Positions 1 through 7,287 of a stretch of 19,046 nt of DNA are shown piece by piece (the first letter of the stretch is position 1; each line of letters opens with the position of its first letter). Source of the DNA: an uncultured bacterium (GTDB lineage Bacteria; Tectomicrobia; Entotheonellia; Entotheonellales; Entotheonellaceae); the NCBI GenBank assembly GCA_965178525.1, contig CBCXVS010000137.1:1-19046 (forward strand). The letters run 5' to 3'. The notes under the pieces were generated by a model. The model had not been told where the DNA came from. It ran no database searches and was given only the letters and a program-made list of their open reading frames with translations. A program made the translations under genes and the position numbers.

Positions 1-33
1 AAATGGACTTTTGAATTGGGCCAACCTGTTGAT

Positions 34-2811
34 CTACTTAACCCTCCGCCTATTCTGCCAGGGGAACTTCGGGCTAACGTTGGCATTGAGGCTGTCGCAC
101 CGGGCGTAAACCAACAATTGCGAGTGGTCGGGATCGTCGAAGTTGATCCGATCGCGGGCGGAACTGAGCGTCCGGGACATCGACGTATTGATATTGCTCT
201 GTGACAGGAAACGGGAGAACGCCGTATCCTCTTTTTGCGCCAGGTGGGAATGGATGAGGAGGCGCAGATAGCGGCTGCGCAAATCGCTGGAACTCCGAAA
301 GCGTTTCTGCAACGGCAGGCCGAAATCTTCGGCATTGATCCCTTCGCTGGTGTGATCATTGTGGCAGTTGAAGCATTGCCGCACCAGGGCTTGATAGGCT
401 TTTTGCCCGGCCACGTTGCTAGTATAGCCGTTGCCTTGCGTGTCAAACGCGATACGGTCGGAGAGACCTACCATGGACTGCGTGGTGGAGTAGGTGATCA
501 ATGCCTGCATCTGGGCCGGTGTCCAGTGTTGGGTGTGGTCGTATTGCGCGTTGATGGTCGCGATGGCGTCGACGATGCGCGGATCAAATGTGGCGCCATA
601 ATCTCCGAAACGCGTCAAGTCGCGGCTACGGTCATCCGGGAATCCCGGCTCTTCCGGCCGACTCAGGTCATCGCCCAACAGCAAGGCCCACAGGAACGGC
701 GCGGCATGATAATTGTCATCAAAGCCCATGGGATTAATGGAATTGTTGATATACGGCGCCACCTCCTCCGTTTCACGGAGTTTGTGTGCGCCGCGGACGA
801 GGGCGAGCCAGGCCGGACTCTGGGAGCGTGCGCCGGTCGGGTTCGAGAGATCCAATGGGTGCCGCGAGTCGTGGCAATCGGCACAGGCGAGGCCGCTGCG
901 GGTCTCGGTCGTGGTAAACAGAGGCATGATGTCCCGGTGGAAGTCCGGCGCCGCGCTCTCGGCATCGTAGCCGCTCGCATCCTGCACGCCGGAGAGGTCG
1001 TCACCTTGCATCTTCTGCGAGGCGACGGTCTCCAACGCCTTGTATCGATCAATGTTTTCCTGCGAGCGTTCCTGATGACACTGATTACACGCATTGACCC
1101 GATTAGGCACGAAGCTGATCTCTTGCCGCTCCGCGCGGATCGGAATGTAGAGGTACGAATCCTGATAGGGAAAACTTTTGTAGAGTTTCCAGATGTAGAG
1201 ACCGGGGTTCAGGATGGCGCCGATGGAGCCGTCATTTTCGAGTTCCAGGAAGGTGCTGGCGGGTACCGACAATTCCGGTGAGCTGCTCCACCCCAATTTG
1301 CCAATGGCCTGGGAACTCGAAAAGGTGTGGGAGGGGATAAAAAATTTCAGTCGGAGATCCTCGGGCAACATCCCATTGGTTTGGTGTTGCACGCCGTTGT
1401 CCGATTGCGTCAAATTTTGCACGAGAAAGCCGGCATGGCTATTAAGGGCGAGGTTGGTGAACGAGGTGCGGCTTTCGCTGATATCGCCTTCGTTCGGCGC
1501 GGCGATGCGGCGCTCTGGCGGATAGAAGCTGCGCGGCTGAACGAAGTGGAGATCGTCATGGCTCATGATGAGCGTGCGGACGCCAGCGGTGGTGTCACCG
1601 TTTAGGTCGGTGGGATAGTCCTTGAGGTAAATGCCGTAGCTCCGCTCCTTGGTCTCCCGATAGGCATAGACCATACTTTCGTCGTTGTAATGCTCTGGAT
1701 TACGGGCGATATGCATCCCATCATCGTGCACTTCCAAAGGGACGCGGTCGCTGCGGAGATCGAAATGCTGCCGCCGCGTCATCATGACGCTGCCGTCGGC
1801 AACGAAGCTCGCGCGCCCCTGGGCCATGAGAATATACCGGTTGTAGGGGCCAGACTTGATTTCCCGGGCTTGGAAGATATTGGCGGCGCTGCGGTCGGTG
1901 GCGGATTCCTGTCCAAAGAAGGTAAAGTTATCGCTGCCATCCACCTGGATTTTCCACAAGGCGAAGCGGTTGGTGGTCTGTTGGTGTTCCCACTGCGTAA
2001 AGACGACGAGACGCATGCCGTCCTCGAGGTCGATGGCGAGCGGTTCCGTTTGGTGTGAATTGTTGAAGCCGATGCGTTGGGTATCACCGCTTTCGGCGTC
2101 CAGAATATGGATCAGGGGTGTGGCGTCACGATCGTATTCATCGAGCAGGACGCCATCCGGCGGCCCCCCGTAATTCAGGGGGAGTTCGGATGCCTGCACC
2201 GATTTGGCGACAAACAAGACCGGGTGGCCGGTGTCCTGGTCGTCACCGACATAGGTGGGATGGATGAAATGCACGGTGTTGTCGTGCGTGATCTTGCGGA
2301 AGGTAAAGGTGGTAAAATCGAAGTCGTAAATACCCAAATGGGTATCGCCCTCACGGCGCATCGAGACGTAGAGACTCTGGCCATTGGGCGCGATGTCAAA
2401 GCTGTGAACGCGAATCTTTTCGGTGTCCTGGCAAGTTTCGTCGAGCAGGGGCAGAAGCTGCCAGCTTTGCACCGTGCCGTCTTCTAACTTCCGGGAGACG
2501 AAGAGCTTATCCTCGAAGCCATCCCCGCTATAGCCTTTGGTGGGGAAGCGCAGATCGTTGCGCTCATCGAGCTTGGACCAGCCGATATAAAAGATATCCG
2601 GATGCAGGCGCGCATCACTGGCAAACCGTGGCGGGCTTTGCGGCACGTAATCTTTGCCGTCGAGTACCGTTTCCAGGACGGCGCACTGTGTAATATCCGG
2701 CGTTCCGCCACCCTCGGGGCCGGCTCCTGTGTCGATGACCGGATTGTCTGTCCGAATACAAGCGTGTAAGACAAAGGCAAGGAGCCAGAGCAAGGGCAAG
2801 AGCCGTTTCAT
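34..2811 (-). CDS. Secreted (possible lipoprotein) c-type cytochrome. N-terminal beta-propeller-like region, C-terminal region with three CXXCH heme-binding motifs (CNQCH, CADCH, CFNCH).
   Basis: Long ORF ending at TAG 34-36. ATG at 2811 follows AAGGA (6-nt spacer) and begins a classic signal peptide MKRLLPLLWLLAFVLHAC; the ORF-track start at 2841 lies 10 codons upstream and lacks an SD. Three CXXCH motifs seen in the translation. Plus-strand ORFs overlapping this gene are shadow ORFs. Confidence 0.8.
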   Translation of the reverse strand: MKRLLPLLWLLAFVLHACIRTDNPVIDTGAGPEGGGTPDITQCAVLETVLDGKDYVPQSPPRFASDARLHPDIFYIGWSKLDERNDLRFPTKGYSGDGFEDKLFVSRKLEDGTVQSWQLLPLLDETCQDTEKIRVHSFDIAPNGQSLYVSMRREGDTHLGIYDFDFTTFTFRKITHDNTVHFIHPTYVGDDQDTGHPVLFVAKSVQASELPLNYGGPPDGVLLDEYDRDATPLIHILDAESGDTQRIGFNNSHQTEPLAIDLEDGMRLVVFTQWEHQQTTNRFALWKIQVDGSDNFTFFGQESATDRSAANIFQAREIKSGPYNRYILMAQGRASFVADGSVMMTRRQHFDLRSDRVPLEVHDDGMHIARNPEHYNDESMVYAYRETKERSYGIYLKDYPTDLNGDTTAGVRTLIMSHDDLHFVQPRSFYPPERRIAAPNEGDISESRTSFTNLALNSHAGFLVQNLTQSDNGVQHQTNGMLPEDLRLKFFIPSHTFSSSQAIGKLGWSSSPELSVPASTFLELENDGSIGAILNPGLYIWKLYKSFPYQDSYLYIPIRAERQEISFVPNRVNACNQCHQERSQENIDRYKALETVASQKMQGDDLSGVQDASGYDAESAAPDFHRDIMPLFTTTETRSGLACADCHDSRHPLDLSNPTGARSQSPAWLALVRGAHKLRETEEVAPYINNSINPMGFDDNYHAAPFLWALLLGDDLSRPEEPGFPDDRSRDLTRFGDYGATFDPRIVDAIATINAQYDHTQHWTPAQMQALITYSTTQSMVGLSDRIAFDTQGNGYTSNVAGQKAYQALVRQCFNCHNDHTSEGINAEDFGLPLQKRFRSSSDLRSRYLRLLIHSHLAQKEDTAFSRFLSQSNINTSMSRTLSSARDRINFDDPDHSQLLVYARCDSLNANVSPKFPWQNRRRVK

Positions 2812-3021
2812 GATCCGTCCTTTTAGTGCGCGACATGACATACGTCTTCATAGCATGCGGTAAGGGGAGGGCAAAAAATGTGCCATTTTTTTTGTGTATG
2901 TGGTGAACGCCGCACCTATCAGGCGAGGAACATTGGCGAGGTGCGCCGGGAGGACGACGTGATGCAAGGAGTTATCAGGAAAGGAGAGGTGTCAGGGAAA
3001 TGGCGGCATATGCCAAGAAAA

Positions 3022-3072
3022 CCACACAAAGAAAAATCATCATGGCCCGGTTGATCGCCTGTGCCAACCGGG
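3022..3072 (-). terminator. Candidate intrinsic terminator for the epimerase gene: 8-bp GC-rich stem CCCGGTTG/CAACCGGG (3046-3053 / 3065-3072), 11-nt loop, then a U-rich tract on the minus strand (plus-strand A-run 3028-3045).
   Basis: Inverted repeat read directly, ~24 nt downstream of stop 3096-3098. The U-tract is interrupted and sits ~8 nt from the stem. Confidence 0.3.
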
Positions 3073-3095
3073 TCTGGTCATAGCGTACCCCAAAC

Positions 3096-4073
3096 CTACC
3101 GCCAGCTCGGTGGCAGGTTGCAATGGATCTCGATATCCTGGAAAATGCGACTCGATCGAGCACCGTGGGTTTTGACCCACGGTGCCATCCGGTGGATCCC
3201 ATCCTCGAGGGTCATGTTTTGGCGGGCACCGAAGACGCGCTCGAGCTTACCGTGGTCGGAAAAGGCGTGCTGTACTTCCTGACGAGCGTCGAGATATCGC
3301 ACGCGACATGCACGACCCATGGCCCGTGCCACGGTCTGCGCCAGATCGTTGACGGTATGGGGTGTATCGGCACCCACGTTGAAGACCTCGTTGCGCGCCT
3401 CTGGCATCCGGACGGCCTCGGCAATAATGGGTGCCACGTCGCTAATGTGTGTGAAGGCTCGGGTTTGCGTGCCATCGCCAAAGATCGTCATCGGCTCGCC
3501 GCGCAGTAATTGATTCATGAAGATGCCCACGACGTTGCGGTACCGATCCCCTATGTTCTGGCGTTCACCGTAGACATTGTGGGGGCGAAGGATCACGTAA
3601 TCGAGGCCGAACAGGTTCTGGGAAGCGACGAGTTCTTGCTCTACCGCCAACTTGGCAATGCCATAGGAGTCTGCAGGAGTTGGCGTCATCGGCGTCTGCC
3701 CCGCGCCGTAGACGGCGATGGAGGATGTGAAGACGAAGCAGGCAATGTCGTGGTTGACCGCGGCGTTGATGAGGTTGACTGACCCAATCAGATTGTTGTT
3801 GTAGTTGAAGCGCTTGATGAAGTGGCTTAAGCCCTCAGCCGCATAGGTGGCGAGATGGTATACATAGGTGAACCCGTGCTCGGCAAACAGGCGGTCGACT
3901 AGCGTATGGTCGAGGATTGAACCCTGCACGCAGGTCGCCCCTGCCGGAACGTTCGCTGCAAAGCCGCCGCTCATGTCGTCGAGGACCACGACATCATGAC
4001 TCGCGCTGAGCAAGTGTTCCGCCACGTGGGATCCCATGAATCCGGCTCCGCCTGTGACGAGGGAGACGGGCAT
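3096..4073 (-). CDS. NAD-dependent epimerase/dehydratase (extended SDR family, GalE/RmlB-like).
   Basis: N-terminal Rossmann motif VTGGAGFMGSHV and catalytic YGIAK (YxxxK). Length 325 aa. AAGGAG SD 8 nt upstream of ATG 4073. Confidence 0.9.
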   Translation of the reverse strand: MPVSLVTGGAGFMGSHVAEHLLSASHDVVVLDDMSGGFAANVPAGATCVQGSILDHTLVDRLFAEHGFTYVYHLATYAAEGLSHFIKRFNYNNNLIGSVNLINAAVNHDIACFVFTSSIAVYGAGQTPMTPTPADSYGIAKLAVEQELVASQNLFGLDYVILRPHNVYGERQNIGDRYRNVVGIFMNQLLRGEPMTIFGDGTQTRAFTHISDVAPIIAEAVRMPEARNEVFNVGADTPHTVNDLAQTVARAMGRACRVRYLDARQEVQHAFSDHGKLERVFGARQNMTLEDGIHRMAPWVKTHGARSSRIFQDIEIHCNLPPSWR

Positions 4074-4400
4074 TGGTATGACTCCTTGATTGCAGCCTCA
4101 TAAATCTCAATAGATCCAGAAATATCTGGGCCTATTAATTCCTGTAAGGACCGAAACAAAACCCAATTTGTATTTTTCCTCTGGAGAATTGCCTCAAGGT
4201 CATTCTGTCCAGGTATTTATACATGCCATGTTGCCTCCGTACGTATGGTTCGCAGAGATCTTGTAAAAAGTAGATCACCCTAACGGTGTTTATGTCCACC
4301 TCAATCACGGCCATGATCCGATCATCGCGTACCGTTTGCGGCACGTTGAGGACGTGTTGGTAGGCGTTCTCAGGTACGTGTCGAGACTGGGTCAGTGCAT

Positions 4401-4428
4401 GCTGAGGACTGAGGTAGAAAAATGACAT
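4401..4428 (-). repeat. Degenerate partial copy of the heptamer-repeat element (~1.5-2 GGACTGA units plus flanking gtcatttttctac).
   Basis: ctgaggactgaggtagaaaaatgac matches the core of the elements at 5555-5600 and 14950-14985 in the same orientation as the 14933-15030 copy. Lies in an AT-rich 540-bp divergent spacer. Confidence 0.4.
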
Positions 4429-4614
4429 CTGGCGACGTGATGGTGACGAGAAGAAAGAAATTTTTCAGGCGATTCGTGGCCAGGTATATGCGATAAGTGC
4501 CTCGGCAACATGAGTGACATGTTTTTTCCGGAGGATCGTGTCATGATAGTGTCCGAATCCTGATATTGCTGTATACTCATTTCCCTCAGCCATACACGCC
4601 AATACGTTCTACTC

Positions 4615-5418
4615 GTGGCAGCTACTATGACCGCAAAAGCCAATCCCTGGATGATATGTTCCACGCCGCAGCCACAGGCGCGCTTGCGTCTTTTCTGTTT
4701 TCCGTACGCGGGAGGCGGCGCCTCAGTGTATCGTACCTGGTCTGACGTGTGCCCGCCGGAAATAGAGCTGTGGCGTATTCAACTTCCCGGACGGGAACCC
4801 CGGCTTAGCGAATCGCTGTTTACCCGTTTGACACCGCTGGTGCAGACACTGGCCCCGATCCTCCGCCCGCATTTGCATAAGCCGTTTGTGTTCTTCGGCC
4901 ATAGTATGGGGGCACTGGTCGCCTTCGAACTCGCCCGGCGCCTGCGTCGGCATGACCGTCTCAGCCCGCTGCATCTATTCGTATCGGCGCACCGGGCGCC
5001 CCAGCTCCCGGATCCCGACCCACTCACCTACCCCTTGTCTACACCGGCGTTCATCGAGACCTTGCGCCGCTTGCAGGGGACGCCAGAGGCCATCTTGCAC
5101 AACGCGGAACTCATGGAGTTGATGTTGCCTGTCGTCCGTGCCGATTTTGAGCTCTGCGAGACGTATACCTATACGACAGCGGCGCCTCTGCCGTGCCCGA
5201 TTTCGGCCTTTGGCGGCTTCCAAGATGAGAAGGTAAGCCGTGACGAACTTGCCGAGTGGCGCGCGCAGACGCAGAGCGCCTTCATCCTGCGGATGTTTCC
5301 CGGCAACCATTTTTTCTTACACAGTAATCAGGCGTTACTATGGCGCGTGCTCTTCCGGGAGCTGGAGCCGCGCCTGCAGCAGATGACGGAGGAGGGCGTG
5401 TCGACCGAGTCGAGGTGA
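4615..5418 (+). CDS. Type II thioesterase (alpha/beta-hydrolase editing thioesterase of NRPS/PKS systems).
   Basis: LRLFCFPYAGGGASVYRTW N-terminal signature and GHSMG nucleophile elbow. Starts with GTG 4615 (in-frame ATGs at 4627 and 4651); no clear SD. Stop TGA 5416-5418. Confidence 0.88.
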   Translation: MAATMTAKANPWMICSTPQPQARLRLFCFPYAGGGASVYRTWSDVCPPEIELWRIQLPGREPRLSESLFTRLTPLVQTLAPILRPHLHKPFVFFGHSMGALVAFELARRLRRHDRLSPLHLFVSAHRAPQLPDPDPLTYPLSTPAFIETLRRLQGTPEAILHNAELMELMLPVVRADFELCETYTYTTAAPLPCPISAFGGFQDEKVSRDELAEWRAQTQSAFILRMFPGNHFFLHSNQALLWRVLFRELEPRLQQMTEEGVSTESR

Positions 5419-5523
5419 TATGAAGGGCCATTCCGTTTTCCACTTGTAGACGATTCCCCTTTTGGCAAAGGGGGCGAGGGGGAGAAAGGGAGGCGTTCCG
5501 GTTATCTATGCATAGGAGTTGTC

Positions 5524-5607
5524 ATGCCGCGCCTGCGGCACCCGGAAATAAGGAAAAACGTCTTTTACTCAGTCCTCAGTCCTCAGTCCTCAGTCCTTTT
5601 TTCATAG
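5524..5607 (+). CDS. Candidate upstream/leader ORF, 27 codons (MPRLRHPEIRKNVFYSVLSPQSSVLFS). TAG stop 5605-5607 overlaps the AGGAG SD of the downstream gene.
   Basis: AGGAG + 5 nt + ATG. The ATG lies in the 5' arm of the hairpin. The frame reads through the heptamer repeats and ends in CATAGGAG. The equivalent uORF exists in copy 2. Confidence 0.3.
   Translation: MPRLRHPEIRKNVFYSVLSPQSSVLFS
5569..5596 (+). repeat. Perfect heptanucleotide tandem repeat (TCAGTCC)x4.
   Basis: Read directly. The 14953-14973 copy has 3 units; the 4401-4428 copy has ~2. Confidence 0.95.
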
Positions 5608-5610
5608 GAG

Positions 5611-6228
5611 ATGATGATGGCAACGGCGCCGCGAGACGACCAAGAAGATACCACCATCTACAAAGTCGTGATGAATCACGAAGAACAGTATTCGATCTGG
5701 CCGGCCGACCGCGACAACCCACTTGGCTGGCAGGATGTGGGCAAGAGTGGGCTGAAGCCGGAATGCCTGGATTACATCGAGGAAGTATGGACGGATATGC
5801 GTCCGCTCAGCCTGCGCAAACAGATGGAGGAGGCGGCGCAACGCCCCGCGCCCCCTCCGCCGCCTCCGAGTGAGGAACCCGTGGCCGCTGACAGCCGGAC
5901 GGGCGACTCGCTTGTCGACCGCTTGAGCGAGGGGGACCATGCAGTGGAGGTTGGCCTGCGGCCTGACCGGACGGCGCAAGCCTTCAAAGAGAGTCTCGAC
6001 CGTGACTATGTCCATATCAAGTTCACACAGACCCAGGGCGGCACCGAGTTGGGTGTACGCCTAGACCGGGAACGAAGTGATTTGAGTCAGGCCGATTTTG
6101 AAAGCGCCTCTGGAACCGTGCATGTGGAAGGGGGGCTGACTCTGAACTATGTGTCCGTGCGATGCGTGGCGGATATTGATCTGACGACGCTCAGTGGGCG
6201 GGGCCATCTGGAGCCGGTGGAAGCGTAA
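5611..6228 (+). CDS. MbtH-like domain protein with a Pro-rich linker and an uncharacterised ~105-aa C-terminal domain.
   Basis: Residues ~15-75 carry the MbtH signature ([49 protein letters not shown]), then [12 protein letters not shown], then a domain with no motif I recognise. Three consecutive ATGs at 5611-5619; the third gives 6-nt SD spacing. Stop TAA 6226-6228. Confidence 0.85.
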   Translation: MMMATAPRDDQEDTTIYKVVMNHEEQYSIWPADRDNPLGWQDVGKSGLKPECLDYIEEVWTDMRPLSLRKQMEEAAQRPAPPPPPPSEEPVAADSRTGDSLVDRLSEGDHAVEVGLRPDRTAQAFKESLDRDYVHIKFTQTQGGTELGVRLDRERSDLSQADFESASGTVHVEGGLTLNYVSVRCVADIDLTTLSGRGHLEPVEA

Positions 6229-6284
6229 GGGCATGGACGGCGCCGGGCAGAGTGTGGTGCTTTTTAGGCGTTTTTAGAGCGTTG

Positions 6285-6304
6285 AACGTTTAAACTTATA
6301 AGTT
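6285..6304. promoter_or_regulatory. AT-rich island with three overlapping palindromes (AACGTT 6285-6290, GTTTAAAC 6288-6295, AACTTATAAGTT 6293-6304) plus a TTTTTAG direct repeat at 6261-6277. Candidate operator/promoter for the downstream ATPase-fragment gene.
   Basis: Read directly. Compositionally distinct from the GC-rich flanks; ~170 nt upstream of ATG 6471. Confidence 0.3.
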
Positions 6305-6470
6305 CCTGGACAAAATTAGCGACATCGTTTTTCCAGAGGAAAAATATGAATTTAATTCTGTTCGGGCACTTAGGCGACATTTCCCGCCGGCTCTGTCCGC
6401 GTTCCTTCTATTGTGCTGTACTGAGCCAACGTATGTGGGGAGAGGCTGGGAGTTCGGGAGGGCAGGGAAG

Positions 6471-7256
6471 ATGCTCATCAGCGGTGCCTGCGTTGCTGCC
6501 GGGATCATGTATGCGGGACTCAAAACCTTGATCAGGCAGCGATCGCAACGAAAAGCGGCTAGGATTATTACGCAAAATGGTCAGGCCAACCAGACATCCT
6601 CGCCCGTGATCGAGGAAGATCGCCACCAGGAGATCGAGGTCCAGCTCTCTCGCGCCTGTGCGATTTCCTCAATTGCTGTAGGTTTATCGATCGTCAGTGC
6701 GTTCGGTTACCCCTTGTTCGGCGTCCTCAGCGCACCTCTCACGGTGTATGGCGCGATTCCCGCCTTCGAACAAGCCTCCGCTGCCATGCTCACCGAAAAT
6801 CGAAAATATATGTCGGTCGTGTGGTCCGCAGTTGTCATTGGCTCCCTCGCCACTGGGCGTTTCTTTTCGGCCGCAGTCCTTACCTGGCTCGATGATTTTG
6901 TCGTCCTGTGGTCCAATCGTTTGTCTTTGTTCAACAAACTCATTGTGGGCGAATTGGAACATCGCTACCAGCTCCTCACCCAACTCTACGGCGTCAAGCC
7001 CGCGTCCGTCTGGGTGCTGGTCGATGACGTGGGGCTCGAGATTCCTTTCTCGGAATTGCAAGTCGGTGATACGGTGGTAATGAGTACAAAAGAAGTGATT
7101 CCCGTCAGGGGTACGGTTGTCGACGGCACCGCGAGAGTCGTCCGGTGGCGGCCGGGCGGAAATGGACAACCCGAGAACAAAGAGATAGGGGATCAGGTTA
7201 CGGCCTCGACCTTGATCCTATCGGGGAGTATTAAAGTGCAAGTGGAAAGTCTCTGA
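6471..7256 (+). CDS. N-terminal fragment of a P1B-type (heavy-metal) P-type ATPase: transmembrane helices plus an actuator (A) domain. TGES motif degenerate (RPGGNG); no phosphorylation/nucleotide-binding domains. Possible pseudogene or repurposed truncated protein.
   Basis: A-domain signature LEIPFSELQVGDTVVMSTKEVIPVRGTVVDGTARV...ASTLILSGSIKVQV matches the CopA/ZntA actuator domain. Ends at TGA 7254-7256 with no DKTGT downstream in any frame. ATG 6471 is preceded by a purine-rich SD (gggagggcagggaag); the ORF-track start is an upstream TTG at 6411. Confidence 0.7.
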   Translation: MLISGACVAAGIMYAGLKTLIRQRSQRKAARIITQNGQANQTSSPVIEEDRHQEIEVQLSRACAISSIAVGLSIVSAFGYPLFGVLSAPLTVYGAIPAFEQASAAMLTENRKYMSVVWSAVVIGSLATGRFFSAAVLTWLDDFVVLWSNRLSLFNKLIVGELEHRYQLLTQLYGVKPASVWVLVDDVGLEIPFSELQVGDTVVMSTKEVIPVRGTVVDGTARVVRWRPGGNGQPENKEIGDQVTASTLILSGSIKVQVESL

Positions 7257-7287
7257 TCGTCCCGACACCACATAGGAGGAATGTCCA

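Larger units (their letters stand above)
5511..5610 (+). promoter_or_regulatory. Conserved leader element, copy 1. SD (AGGAG 5514-5518), hairpin 5525-5540 overlapping a uORF start, then aggaaaaacgtcttttac, (TCAGTCC)x4, ttttttCATAGGAG, then the ATG of the MbtH-fusion gene.
   Basis: About 85-90% identical overall to rc(14933-15030), including an exact >=46-nt run. Sits in the same position relative to its downstream start codon in both copies. Confidence 0.6.

Noticed and set aside
16-204. 62-aa TTG-initiated ORF at the window edge
   Set aside because: Overlaps the 3' end of the cytochrome gene on the opposite strand; Pro/Gly/Val-rich with no features.
235-1281. 348-aa plus-strand ORF, and other ORFs at 663-2487 on both strands
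   Set aside because: They lie entirely within, and antisense to or out of frame with, the strongly supported 925-aa cytochrome gene. These are shadow ORFs of the kind common in GC-rich DNA; they carry no motifs or signals.
2866-2895. AAAAAATG-tgc-CATTTTTTTT A/T hairpin between the epimerase and cytochrome genes
   Set aside because: The all-A/T stem is thermodynamically weak. It lies in the cytochrome promoter region and more likely reflects AT-rich promoter DNA than a terminator. The GC-rich hairpin at 3046-3072 is a better terminator candidate.
4135-4428. 97-aa minus ORF in the AT-rich divergent spacer
   Set aside because: No SD, codon composition unlike neighbouring genes, and the N-terminus is encoded by the degenerate heptamer repeat. 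It is kept as an observation (finding on 4074-4614) but not called as a CDS.
5508-5873. 121-aa plus ORF overlapping the leader element and the MbtH gene start
   Set aside because: It is an alternative frame of the MbtH gene region. It reads through the heptamer repeats (frame b) and has low-complexity composition. The MbtH frame is strongly supported by the domain signature.
6346-6531. 61-aa ORF with GAGGA-6nt-ATG starting in the AT-rich island and overlapping the ATPase-fragment start
   Set aside because: The translation downstream of the first ~20 codons is Gly/Ser/Arg-rich junk from reading the GC-rich region out of frame. A short leader peptide is possible but unsupported.
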